A stretch of DNA of 63,091 nucleotides, counting the filler. It is 7 parts of 7 records of this genome, joined end to end, with 100 filler letters (N's around TTAATTAATTAA, not from the genome) between each part and the next. Parts side by side here need not be neighbours in the genome. Positions count along the whole stretch, not along the records: positions 49,984 to 60,573 come from SRR20825014_40; positions 60,674 to 63,091 come from SRR20825014_109; 5 more parts are not named here. The stretch is one strand, 5' to 3'. Under the pieces are notes generated by a model. The model saw nothing but the letters and a program-made list of their open reading frames with translations, did not search any database and had not been told where the DNA came from. This document shows, in pieces, positions 53,460 through 63,091 of the stretch. Positions within the stretch are counted from its first letter, which is position 1; each line of letters starts with the position of its first letter. The translations under genes were made by a program, and so were the position numbers.

Positions 53460-54728
53460 CTAAATCGGTGCCCTGAATCGGAGCGTGGTGCCTTCTCCTG
53501 GCGCGCTCTCGACCTCGAAGCTCCCGCCGAGAAGCTGCGCCCGTGCGCGCATATTCGATAACCCGTGCCCCGGCTGCTCGAGCTGATCCGGTGAAAACCC
53601 CTGGCCATCATCGCGCACCTCGAGCGTGAGGTCTGCTTCCGTGCGGGTGAGCGAGAGGCCGATCTCATCCGCCTTCGCGTGCCGCTCCACATTATGGAGC
53701 GCCTCCTGAAACACGCGCAGCAAGCTCGCCGACAACACCCCCGGGAGATCCTCCATGTTCCCCTGAGTTCGCACGAACACCGCGATCCCCGTGGAGAGCT
53801 CGAAGCGCTCGGCGTTCTGGCGAATGACCTCGAGCAAGTTCGCGGCATCGAGCGCCACAGGTCGGAGATCCTGGATCGCGCGCCGCAGATCAGCGAGCGC
53901 GTCCTGGCATTGCGTCGACGCGCTCTCGAGGAGAGCGCGTTGATCGAGGTCCTCGGTCGTGCGCATCGCGCGCTCGAGATCGAGCCGGAGCGCCGAGAGC
54001 TCTTGCGCCAACCCATCATGCAGCTCGCGCGCGATGCGCGCGCGCTCCTCATCCTGAACAGCGAGCACGCGTTGACTCAGTTGCCTGATCTGCAACACGG
54101 CTTCGTCCACACGCTCCTGCAAGGTGAGGTTTGTCTGACGGAGCTGCTCGCGCGCCTGCACGAGGTGCGTGGTCGTCTCTTCGATGGCGCGCGCCTGGCG
54201 CCGCACGATCCTGACGGGGAAGTGATAGAGCGCCAGCCCAGAGAGCAACCCCAACAGGGCGCTCAGCGATGCGATCAGCAATTGCCTCGTGGAGACCGCG
54301 CCAGGTGACAGGGACACAGAGAGGGTCCCGAGCTCTCCGCCTGTCGTGACCACCTTGGCCTTTGACGCGACCCAGGTGTATGGCCAGCTCGTGGGTTCGC
54401 GTTCGCCGCGCTCGAAGAGCGCGGCGCCATCGCAGTCATCCACGCGCAGGTGGGCGAGGTTCTGCACCTCCTCTGCCGCGAGCGCGCCTTCGACGACCTT
54501 CTCGATCCTCCAGCGCCAGACGTAAGGATGCCTCGAGGCATCCTTTGCGACCTCGTGCGCGAGGTTGCGCGCGTACAGATCCGAGCGCGCTCTGGCGCGC
54601 TCGAAGTCCAGCCCCGCGACGAGCAGCGTGGGCGTGAGCACGACGATCGATCCGAACAGGATCGCCAGCGGGAGCATCTTCCTCGAAAACGCGCGCACCA
54701 GCTCGCGGTCATGGCGTGCGGTATCCAT
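53460..54728 (-). CDS. NarX/UhpB-type (HisKA_3) sensor histidine kinase
   Basis: Two TM segments; ER.RIARELHD, QEAL.N..RH, DDG.GF, G.GL..M..R. Confidence 0.9.
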   Translation of the reverse strand: MDTARHDRELVRAFSRKMLPLAILFGSIVVLTPTLLVAGLDFERARARSDLYARNLAHEVAKDASRHPYVWRWRIEKVVEGALAAEEVQNLAHLRVDDCDGAALFERGEREPTSWPYTWVASKAKVVTTGGELGTLSVSLSPGAVSTRQLLIASLSALLGLLSGLALYHFPVRIVRRQARAIEETTTHLVQAREQLRQTNLTLQERVDEAVLQIRQLSQRVLAVQDEERARIARELHDGLAQELSALRLDLERAMRTTEDLDQRALLESASTQCQDALADLRRAIQDLRPVALDAANLLEVIRQNAERFELSTGIAVFVRTQGNMEDLPGVLSASLLRVFQEALHNVERHAKADEIGLSLTRTEADLTLEVRDDGQGFSPDQLEQPGHGLSNMRARAQLLGGSFEVESAPGEGTTLRFRAPI

Positions 54729-55617
54729 GGTCCTCCAGTAGCTGTCGCGCCTCGTCTCCGAGCGCAAATGAGAGGAAGCGCTCGATGACTTCGCGCCGCG
54801 CGCCCTTGTCTTTCGCTTCGACCAGGTAAATGGGGAGCTCGATCTCGAGCGTCGTTCGATCCTCCCGTCGCACTTCGAGAGGATGCAGCGGGAGTGATTC
54901 TGTTCGGATCATCCCGACATGAAGCCACCCGATCGCGCCATCGATCTCGAGCAACGCATCGCGCATCTGCTGATCCGTGTGCAACACGAGGCCGCGCTTC
55001 GTATCTCGCTCGGGTGGCATGAGCGCCTCGCCGAGCTCGGGGTCGTGCGCTCGCAATAACTTCAAGCTCGAGTCCCCTCGCTCTCGGAACAGCGGCGTGA
55101 TCGGTCTCCCGTCAGGCCACGTGCGCTGCTCTCCGCGATAGATCGCGAGCAGCGTGGCGCGATCGATTTGCGTGAGCGCCTCGCGCCTCGTCGCGAACAC
55201 CACGCGCGAGGTCGCCAGCGGGTGCTCCTCGAAACCCATCGCCATCTCTTCTTGTGTCAGCGAGCGAGCCGTGATGGCGAGGTCGATCGCGCCCGCCGAG
55301 AGCGCGCGCAGACCTCCTCCCGTACCAATCGATACCGGCACGAAGGCGCGCGCGTTCGGGTCATCGGTTTGCTCCTCGTATGCCTTGGCGAGCATTTTCA
55401 TCGGCGAGAGCCCTGCCCCTGTGCCTGCGACGATGACGCCTTCGGGGCGAGAGGAGGCGACGCCCGGCCTGGGGGCCGCGCAGGCGAGGTCCGAGGATGC
55501 CTCGTTGTGGCACCCCACGCATAGCAACACCACGCAGAGCAACCCCAACAATGATCGCCATGCGTATGAGGTTGGCGCTTGAGAGGTTGTGGTAAACGTT
55601 CTAAAACCGTGCGCCAC
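54709..55617 (-). CDS. PstS-like substrate-binding lipoprotein
   Basis: Lipobox LCVG-C; AG.G, S.GTGGG...L..G.ID.A...R.L, IY.G....W, RE.GDS; GTG start after AAGGGGA. The longer N-terminus in the ORF track is antisense to the next gene. Confidence 0.8.
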   Translation of the reverse strand: MAHGFRTFTTTSQAPTSYAWRSLLGLLCVVLLCVGCHNEASSDLACAAPRPGVASSRPEGVIVAGTGAGLSPMKMLAKAYEEQTDDPNARAFVPVSIGTGGGLRALSAGAIDLAITARSLTQEEMAMGFEEHPLATSRVVFATRREALTQIDRATLLAIYRGEQRTWPDGRPITPLFRERGDSSLKLLRAHDPELGEALMPPERDTKRGLVLHTDQQMRDALLEIDGAIGWLHVGMIRTESLPLHPLEVRREDRTTLEIELPIYLVEAKDKGARREVIERFLSFALGDEARQLLEDHGYRTP

Positions 55618-55665
55618 GTCCCCTTGTCGGGGAGTTGATGTCAGTTTGCCTGGAGGAGAATGCAT

Positions 55666-56484
55666 ATGTCTGATCAAGCGACGATCACGAGCGAAACAGC
55701 CCTGATGATGGAGAAGATGGTCGGCCTGGACCCGAGCGATCCTCGTTACATGGTGCTCAAAGCGGCGCTCGACTACAAGGCATCCTGGATCGACCTCGCC
55801 GAGCACCTCAACGTCGTGGCCGCCAACAAGGATTACAAGGAGTGGGGCTACAAAGCATTCAAAGACTACTGCGACCAGGAGCTCCAGATCCGCCAGGCCA
55901 CCGCGCGCAAGCTCGTCCGCGGCTTCCAGTGGATCGACCAGGAGGCGCCCGAACTCCTCCCCAGGTTGATCGATGATCAGGTCGACGTCGCCGCGCGCGA
56001 TTCCGGCGTGATGCTCCCCGATGTCGACACCGTCGATGTGCTCGTGAAGGCGCAAAAAGAGGTCAAGAAAGAGCGCCTCTCGCGCGATGTCTACGATGAC
56101 CTCAAGGAGCGCGCGCTTCGTGGCGAGCACACGGTCTCCGAGCTCAAGCAAGACCTCAAGGACGCGGTCGTCGTGCCCGAGCCCGACCCCAAGAAGGAGC
56201 AGCTCAAGCTGATGCGCCGCTCGCTTCGCGCCGCAGAGAAGATGGTCGAGCAGTTCGAGGAGCTCGGCATCGACGATCAGGAGATCGTCGAGCTCGCGGC
56301 CAACCTGCGCGAAAAACTCTTCGAGTTCGTCGCCGGTATGCTCGACGAGCAGGCTTACAAGGATGGCGGCGAAGGCGGCAGCGATGACGCCCCCGCAGCG
56401 GAAGAAGCTCCAGCGGAGGACGCGCAGAAGACCGAGCAGGTCACCGTGATCGTGGGCAGCAAGGATCAGTTCACCGGAGGTTGA
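55666..56484 (+). CDS. Hypothetical helical protein with acidic tail
   Basis: GGAGGAG RBS, GC3-biased codons, K.SW..L...L and WGY..F..YC..EL.I...TA.KL motifs. Confidence 0.8.
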   Translation: MSDQATITSETALMMEKMVGLDPSDPRYMVLKAALDYKASWIDLAEHLNVVAANKDYKEWGYKAFKDYCDQELQIRQATARKLVRGFQWIDQEAPELLPRLIDDQVDVAARDSGVMLPDVDTVDVLVKAQKEVKKERLSRDVYDDLKERALRGEHTVSELKQDLKDAVVVPEPDPKKEQLKLMRRSLRAAEKMVEQFEELGIDDQEIVELAANLREKLFEFVAGMLDEQAYKDGGEGGSDDAPAAEEAPAEDAQKTEQVTVIVGSKDQFTGG

Positions 56485-56510
56485 TCCGTCGAGCTGATGG
56501 GTCGTTCGAC

Positions 56511-56559
56511 AAAGAAAGCGGGCGCGGTGATTCGAGAAACCACCGCGCCCGCTTTCTTT
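56511..56559. terminator. Bidirectional intrinsic terminator
   Basis: aaagaaagcgggcgcggtg ... caccgcgcccgctttcttt between convergent genes. Confidence 0.88.
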
Positions 56560-56581
56560 GTCGAACTCGCGCCGTGAGCGA

Positions 56582-57481
56582 TTACTCTTCGCTGTCCTTG
56601 TGTAGCCGGTGTCGCATCAGCGCGATGCGCTCCTGCATCGCCTCGAGCTCGCGCGCGAGCTGCATGAGCTCGTTCTCGACCGAGTGCGCCTCGCCGGCGG
56701 CCTCGAGTTGTTCGGCCTCCATCGCGATCGCGTACTCCTTACTTGTCTCGTCCATCGACGCCAGGATCACACCCACGAACAGGTTGAGCACGATCATCGT
56801 CCCGAGCAGCACGAAGCTACTAAAGAAGACCGCGCCCAGGATAGGCTGCGCGTTTGGCGCAGTACACAGCGCCATCGCGTCCCCATAGCCGTAGTTGTCG
56901 CAACCGTACATGGCGATATACATCACGTCCGTCCAGTCCTCGAGCGTGACCACCCGGAACAACGAAAGCATCGAGAGGTGCAGCGTCTTGAAGTGGATCG
57001 GATCATTGGCGCCAAAGAAGAACACCGCCGCCACCGCGTACACGTAAAAGAGCAGCCCCAACAAGATCGTCACGTAGAACATCGACGGGATACTCTTGAG
57101 CATCGCCGTCACGAGCATCTGCAACTTTGGCAGGGCGCGCACGAGCTTGAGCACGCGGAGAAGTCTGGCCATCCGCAGCACGACCACGTAGTCTCCCGCG
57201 CCCGGCAGGAAACAGGCCACCACGATGATAAAGTCGAAGATGTTCCACGGATCGAGGAAGTAGCGCCATGGTTTGTTGCCCTCGGCGACCATCTTGAGGA
57301 TGACCTCCACCACGAAGATCCAGAGGATCAACTGGTCGAGTGCATGTAAGATCCCTCCGTACTTCTCGACCACCGAGGGATACGTCTCGATTCCGATCAA
57401 AACCCCGGCGGCGATGATGACGAAGGTGATGAAATTGGTGAACCAGCGTGAGTAGCCGATGCTCTTGAGCGTCTCGTACAT
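56582..57481 (-). CDS. Bacterial voltage-gated cation channel (BacNav-like) with TLEDWTD filter
   Basis: Six TM segments; WN.FDF; S4 LRMARLLRVLKLVR; pore TLEDWTD; LNLFVGVI; C-terminal coiled coil. Confidence 0.93.
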   Translation of the reverse strand: MYETLKSIGYSRWFTNFITFVIIAAGVLIGIETYPSVVEKYGGILHALDQLILWIFVVEVILKMVAEGNKPWRYFLDPWNIFDFIIVVACFLPGAGDYVVVLRMARLLRVLKLVRALPKLQMLVTAMLKSIPSMFYVTILLGLLFYVYAVAAVFFFGANDPIHFKTLHLSMLSLFRVVTLEDWTDVMYIAMYGCDNYGYGDAMALCTAPNAQPILGAVFFSSFVLLGTMIVLNLFVGVILASMDETSKEYAIAMEAEQLEAAGEAHSVENELMQLARELEAMQERIALMRHRLHKDSEE

Positions 57482-57634
57482 TTCATGCTCTCTGCGGCGT
57501 TGGGCGTAGGTGAGTTGGATGAACCGACCTGTGAGTCATTTCGTAGGGCATTCCTCTCGAGCCTGTATCGCTTGATTGGTTGCCATCGGCAAGATGATCG
57601 CGGCGACTTTTTTGTCCCTTGCTCGATTACTGGT

Positions 57635-60573
57635 ATGACGATCGAAAACCCTACAAAACTTGGACCTGGATCCTTGATCGGACCCTTCGTGATGCGCGCC
57701 TTGATCGGCTCTGGCGGTATGGGAGACGTGTGGCTTGCCAACCATCGCGAGCAGGACCTGGAGGTCGCGATCAAGGTCATCGGCGCCCACGTCGACGAGT
57801 CGAGCGATGTGCAAGAGGCGTTCGCGCGCGAGGCCCGCGCCGTCGCCGGGCTCTCGCACAGCGGCATCGTGGGCGTGTACGACTACGGTTTGCTCTGTGG
57901 CAAGCGCCCCTTTCTCGTCATGGAGTATGCGCCCAGAGGAAGCCTCGAGCGCCTGATCCCATTGATGGACTGGTCGTTGATGCGCCAGATCTTGCTCGAT
58001 GTCTGCGACGCGCTCGCGCACGCGCACGCCCGAGGGATTGTCCACAAGGACCTCAAACCTGGAAATGTCCTGCTCACGGGTCAGGAGAAGGTCGCGACGC
58101 TGCTGACTGATTTCGGCGTGGCGCACGCGTTGGCCGGTCATGTCGGGGATATCGCGCGCCAGCAGGAGTTGACCGACGAGCCCTCTCCTCGCTCTGCTGG
58201 CGCCGGAACGCCAGCCTACATGCCGCCCGAGCAATTGCTCGGGCACTGGCGCGAGTTTGGACCGTGGACCGATCTTTACGCGCTCGGTTGCATGGCCTGG
58301 GAGATGGTCACGGGTCATCCTCCCTTCGACGCGGACAACCTCGTCCAGCTTGCGTCGATGCACCTGTTCGAGGAGCTCCCGAGGCTCGATCCTCGCTTCG
58401 AGGTCCCCGCAGGTCTCGAGCACTGGCTGCGTCGATTGCTCCGCAAGCGCACCTGGGAACGTTACCCGAGCGCGGCGGATGCGGCCTGGGCGCTGCGACA
58501 GATCCCATCAGCGCAGCATGGATCAGGGACGCGATGGGCTGACCTGGAGACCACGCTCGAGCTCGACTCGAGCGCGTGGCTCTCGGCCACGCGCTCGTTC
58601 GCCACGATCAGTTGGGGAGAAGCGCCCACCGTGATCTGGTCCGGTGCTGATGGCGACGCTCCCAGAGTCGAGCATGTCCAGACCTTGCTCTCGCACGCGG
58701 TGAAGTTTGTCTCTCCTGGCCAGGAGCCAGGTCCGCTCCAGGTGACCGGCGAGCTGCCCTCGTTGCGACCGCCGTGGCCCGAGAACTGGCGCGAGCAGCG
58801 TGACGGCGCCGCGAGCGTGTTGGCTGGCGCGGGGTTGGGCATTTTTGGCTTGCGCGAGTTGCCGCTCGTGGGGCGCGAGCAAGAGCGCGATACGTTGTGG
58901 GAGTTGTTGGGCGAGGCGACACACGGCGCCATGCGCGCCGTGCTTGTTCGGGGCGCGAGCGGTGTCGGCAAGAGCAGGCTCGCCGAGTGGCTCGCGGTGC
59001 GCGCTCAGGAGGTCGGCGCGAGCGTCTCGCTGCGCGTTAAATACGGCGCATCACCGAGTCCTGGCGATGGCATCACGCGCGCGCTGGCGCATCACTTTCA
59101 AGTCGTCGGCCTCGAGCGAGACGCGTGCTTCACAAGAATCGCCGAGGAGCTCTCCAGGCTCGCGCCAAACGAAGAGGGCGCCATCCTCGAGCAGGAGGCG
59201 AGCGTGTTGGCGCGTGCGATCGCTGTCGCCAGCGGTGAGGAGCGCGTCTCTCCTCCAGGAGAGCGCGAGCTGCGCGCCGTCGCCGGGAGCATCCTCTCCA
59301 GAATGGCGCGCCGACGCTCGCTGCTTGTCTGGTTCGATGATGTTCAATGGGGCGCTTCGTCATTGGCGTTCCTCTCGGAACTCTTTGAAAATGAACAGCT
59401 TCACTTTCCCGCGCTCTTCATCGCCACGGTTCGTGATGACTTGCTCTCCGAGCGGGTGCGAGAGGCCGAGCAGCTCGAGCGCTTCGCCAAACAGGACGGG
59501 GTCTCGACCCTGGAGGTCGAGCCCCTCGACGCCAGCGAACACCGCGATCTGGTGCACAAGCTGCTCGGCTTCGATGACGCGCTCGCGCAACGCATCGTCG
59601 AGCGCACGTTGGGCAACCCGCTGTTCGCCGTGCAGCTCGTGGGGGATTGGATCGAGCGAGGTTTGCTCAAGCCTTCCGGCGGAGGATTCAAGCTCGTCGA
59701 TGACGCGCGCATCGAGCTCCCCGATGACCTCCACACGTTGTGGCGCCAGCGCATCGGTCGTCTGCTCGCGCAGCGGTTTGGCGGAGACAGCGTCATGCTC
59801 GCCAGGCAATCGCTCGAGCTCGCGGCGACGCTCGGGCTCGAGGTCGATCAGCGCGAGTGGGAGACGGCCTGTATGCTCGCGGGAGTGATCCCTCCTCACG
59901 GCCTGGTCGAGCTCTTGCTGCAACAGCGCCTCGCCAGAGACACTCGCGAGGGCTGGGCGCTCGTGCACGGGATGCTGCGCGAGAGCATCGAGCGCGTCGC
60001 CCGCGATGCGGGCCGCGCCAGACAACATCATCTGGTCTGCATGGACATGCTGCGCACGCTCTACGGCGAGCACGCCATGGGTCATGCCGAGCGCGTGGCT
60101 CAACACGCCATCGCCGCCGGGGAGCTCGAGGCCGCGCTCGATCCCTTGATCGATGCCTCTTACCACGAGCAAGTCTCCGGGCGTTACATCGCCGCAGAAG
60201 AGACCCTGTTGCGCTACGAGATGGTCCTCGAAGCATTGAGCATCTCGCAGGATGATATTCGTTGGGCCAGGGGACAGGTCCAGCGCTTCTGGCTCGACTG
60301 GACCCGCGGCGGCGCCGACGAGGACTTGCGTCACCACGTCGAAGAACTCGCCGGGCTCGCCGAATCACGCGGTTGGGAGGAGATCCTTGGCGAATGTTGG
60401 CGCTGGCGAGGTCTGGTCGCGCGCTTTGAAGAGGGGGCTTCGGCGAGCCTCTCTCACCTGGAGCGCGCTCGCAAACACTACGCCGCGATCGGTGATGAAG
60501 AGGGGCAGGCGCGGTGTTTGCTCTCGATGGCTGTGGCATTGCGAAGCCTGCGCTCGCTCGAGCGAGCGCAGGC
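57635..60573 (+). CDS. Ser/Thr kinase fused to an AAA_16/STAND ATPase and TPR-like region, 3'-truncated
   Basis: GSGGMG.V, VAIK, HKDLKPGN, DFG, GTP.YM.PE; LVGRE.E, G.SGVGKS, DD.QW, GNPLF. Confidence 0.92.
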
Positions 60574-60675
60574 NNNNNNNNNNNNNNNNNNNNNNNNNNN
60601 NNNNNNNNNNNNNNNNNTTAATTAATTAANNNNNNNNNNNNNNNNNNNNNNNNNNNNNNNNNNNNNNNNNNNNAT

Positions 60676-63090
60676 GGGTTCGTTGCGGCTGTTACCTACC
60701 TCACAGATCAATCTCACGTCAACGTTTTCAACTCATCTACTGTGAAGTTGTCGGGAAACTTGATTGATCGGATAACAATGTCGGCAGGGATAGATCACTC
60801 CAAAGGCCGCTTTGTCTTCATACTAGGACTCATGGCAAGCTCAACCTACACCATACAACGGAACTCATCTATCGGCATAATCAACAATGCAATCACGGCA
60901 ACAAATATCACTCGTCTTGGAAATGTGGTGAGGGTCATGATTTTGTACGGGGAGTACTGCACACAGCTGGTTGAGGACGGGGGCTCGTTACTAAATATAT
61001 CTCAAAACAGCATATCCACTACCACAACAACAAGTAATTTCCCGAGCCACATAATTGCCATCGTATCGATAATTCTCTCGTTTTTATCTGCGAATGGAGA
61101 TGCTGTTATTATTGTGGGGGGTAATAATATTAGTAGCGCCATGTTTCACCCATGTTCCAGCACTGCCACCGATATTATCTACGTAAATGTTGTGCTTTGC
61201 GAGTCCACTCCGTTGAAGATTTGGAACAACTCTACAGTAGAAATAGTTGATAATATCGTCGTTCAAACTGTTGACTTTCAACTTCCATCATTTGGTAGTG
61301 AGGGATCGTGCAAGATTTCAACAATTATTGATGTACTGGCTCGTATCGGAGGCGGGATTGAGCTCGCCAACAGCTCTTACCTTAGTATATCTAGAAATAA
61401 AGATCAGATAACCACCACGTCTGACCTAGCTCCTCCTCCACCTTCTACCCCAGTTGCCTATCCGCTGCACGACATGCTATTCGCCACCCTCCAACTAAGC
61501 GACCTGACAATCTATGCCAACAGTTGGTTAGAGGTGAGCAACAACAACGCAAGCATAACAAGCATGGAACTCCGAGCAAATGATATTGCCGCAATTCGGT
61601 TCAATTCGATGGTTGTCCACTCTGAAAGCTCCCTCAGCATTGTGGGAAATCAACTCCACGAAACTTTCACAAATGGGCGATCTCAGTACATGACGACGCT
61701 AAGATTTATGATTGTGACTGGTGGGTCTACTGTTGTCATTGGGGACACCTCCTGCGTTAACGTTTCTTCAAATACTCACACACACACAGCCTCACAGAGT
61801 CCATATGGTTTGTTTTTGTTCGATTCGACCTTTCTACAGATCGGCACCCCACTTATGGACATCTTCAACACATCGTCGCTTTTGATAGGGCACAATATAT
61901 TAGACGGGAATTTCGATGAGAGCGGAGGAGTCGCACGATTCGTCATTTTCCTTCAGAGGGTAAACGTAGCTATTGGATCTAGTATCAGTATTGTCAACAC
62001 AACCATGCGTATGAGTGGACCGTTGCAGACGACACTTTTGTCGATTATCCATGGAGCTCGTTTAGTGCTAGAACAAGGGGGTACACGGGGGGACACAGTT
62101 GCCCATGAAGCTGCTAGAGCAATATCATTTATTACCATTCAAGGTAACAGCGTTCATATATCAGTACAAAACAACAACAATCACAAAGGACCCTCGCCAA
62201 ACTTGCTATCTGGTGTTGTTTTGTTTTTTGACGCAGCAGCTTCAATCATGGGTCCGTTGGGGACGTACCCGACGATACAATTCAGAGTAGCTGACAATAA
62301 CTTCACGCTAGTTGCAGAAGTAGACACTCGCACCTTTACCGCAGCAAAGACTAACTCAATCTTCATTTTACTTTCAGAGAAAGTAGATTGGGAATTAGAT
62401 GGGGGGGCATTAATGATAGAAGGAAACCACTTCACTAGTAGCATTTCATTCATTCGATGTGGGGGAGGAGAAGGAAGCTCGGCTGACAACTTCACAAATA
62501 AGTTCATCGTATCGACAACTATGGTGTATTCTGGTGTTGTGACGGGGCTGGGTGGTGTTGTATCTGTCAGTGGCAATACGATGGTATCTAACCTTCAAAT
62601 TACTTACTTATCAGCGCCAAACACCACCAGTGGCTTTATTCCATTTTATTCCACGCAGTCCCTTGTGTTGCTGGCGACAAACGTCCTACTGGGGGCTTCA
62701 AGTGGTGTCTACATCGAAAGTAATAATGTACATCTCACAACCACCTCCCCCTCAGACCCCTTTGGTTTTCCAGGGAAACTGATGACGGTCGGGAGCAGTC
62801 TACTTTTCACGATGTTCCTCTTCACCACACACACCCTCCACATTGATGGTAACGACTACACGTGGAGGGGTACGTGCCGTACATGTGGTGGTGTAGTAAT
62901 ACGTAAAGTATCCCCACCCTCGAACACCTCCTTATCAACAACAACAATAACACATTACAAATATATCATTTCAAATTGCAAATTTGATATCTATGCTGAT
63001 CAACCAACTGCAGTGGACTTTTTAGAAGAAGGTGGGTTATTGGGAGGTTTACTTCTCCTCAGCGTTGTTAATGACATGAAAAAAGTCGAG
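60676..63090 (+). CDS. Fragment (805 codons, open at both ends) of a large beta-helix-like eukaryotic surface protein
   Basis: Frame +1 read by hand has no stop. Recurring S-x-(L/I/V)-x-(I/V)-x-x-N turns: STVKLSGN, SSIGIINN, SLLNISQN, STVEIVDN, SYLSISRN, SWLEVSNN, SSLSIVGN. Many N-x-S/T sequons. Confidence 0.85.
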
Positions 63091-63091
63091 G

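Noticed and set aside
55618-56151. N-terminal extension of the 480-aa PstS-like ORF
   Set aside because: It overlaps the genuine plus-strand gene 55666-56484; the RBS and lipobox place the start at 55617.
16402-60673. TTAATTAATTAA as a biological repeat, and apparent horizontal transfer between segments
   Set aside because: It is an artificial concatenation linker; neighbouring segments come from different organisms and are not physically linked.

Overview
The window is not one locus. It is seven unrelated contigs joined by artificial 100-nt N/TTAATTAATTAA spacers. (1) 1-16401: marine gammaproteobacterium, Alcanivorax-like by gene content, with an M61 peptidase, a lysophospholipase, a double-SBP MltF, an OmpA plus two TSP3-repeat lipoproteins, a ceramidase, a CaiB/AMACR and msrAB. 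(2) 16502-20656: intronless eukaryotic DNA with kinetoplastid-style polypyrimidine/AG signals. (3) 20757-26483: Devosia-like alphaproteobacterium with ABC transporter genes, Lrp, a two-component pair and a candidate sigma-EcfG-driven sRNA. (4) 26584-37992: an AT-rich, non-coding 11.4-kb contig bounded by a 20-bp terminal inverted repeat. It carries about 50 copies of GGAAAGGTGT in both orientations, most at a near-constant distance from a unique T/G-rich tract. I interpret it as a probable kinetoplastid mitochondrial guide-RNA cassette array, and it is the most unusual item in the window. (5) 38093-49883: Rhodobacteraceae-like, with ugpBAEC, LacI, mobA, nasTS, an ANTAR leader and nrtAB. (6) 49984-60573: Bradymonadales/Myxococcota-like, with a TonB receptor and two-component cluster, a TLEDWTD voltage-gated channel and a kinase-STAND protein. 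(7) 60674-63091: one uninterrupted 805-codon frame missing from the ORF track, resembling a beta-helical kinetoplastid surface protein. Taxonomic labels are inferred from gene content and composition; no searches were run.
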